Assembly: GCF_006345805.1 (NCBI RefSeq)
Contig: NC_043007.1
Span: 20,150,001 to 20,214,000, forward strand
Direction of reading: 5' to 3'
Source: Octopus sinensis
Taxonomy: Eukaryota
Length of the DNA stretch: 64,000 bases
In this document: positions 63,531 to 64,000 of the stretch, in pieces
How positions within the stretch are numbered: the first letter of the stretch is position 1
Layout of the letters: the number at the start of each line of letters is the position of its first letter
Position numbers and translations under genes: made by a program
The notes under the pieces: generated by a model
What the model was told of the DNA's origin: nothing
Seen by the model: the letters and a program-made list of their open reading frames with translations, nothing else
The model's database searches: none

Positions 63531-64000
63531 AAGTTCAAATTCCTTAGAGGCCAACTTTACTTTCATCCCTTTGGGGTTGGTACAACGAAGTACCTGTTAC
63601 GTACTGGGGTTGATTTAATCAGCTATATAACCCTCAATCAAAATTTCAAACCTTATGCCTATGTTAGACAAAGGTGATAGAATGGTAGAATCATTAGGAT
63701 GCCAGGGAAAATGCCTTGCAATATTTTAACCAGCACTTTACACTCCAAGTTCAAATTCCACCTTTCATCCTTTCCAGTGGGACCAAGATGTCATCAACAA
63801 CCTCCAGTGAGACCAATAAGGGTCATTACAGAGTAGCTCAAGGTAATAGAGTCTACAACCAGATGTTCGGTTTAAGTCTTACAAGAGGAAAGGTAAGTTT
63901 CTATCTGGTAAGTCTCATATAAACAAGTGACTCCCAACATCATGTGACCTCCTAGCTCTCCTGATTTGAAATTCCTGGACTATTGCACTTAGGATGCCAT

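Overview
AT-rich, repeat-dense animal genomic DNA. The SINE families resemble octopus/coleoid cephalopod repeats (recalled, not verified). One protein-coding gene was reconstructed by hand on the minus strand: a group II p21-activated kinase (PAK4/5/6, Drosophila mbt type) with 9 coding exons, all GT-AG, CDS 56071->18043, 591 aa. Introns and flanks hold at least four tRNA-derived or RTE-tailed SINE families, non-autonomous Helitrons, piggyBac-, hAT-, pogo- and Tc1-type DNA elements, and CR1, RTE and R4-like LINE fragments. The main unexpected signal is six type I hammerhead ribozyme motifs at four unrelated loci, all sitting in (TA)n microsatellites. Two loci are head-to-head inverted pairs and two carry very long loop II extensions, consistent with Penelope-like elements or retrozymes. 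One motif lies on the PAK pre-mRNA strand. All coordinates were read by eye, so repeat boundaries are approximate; no searches or folding programs were run.
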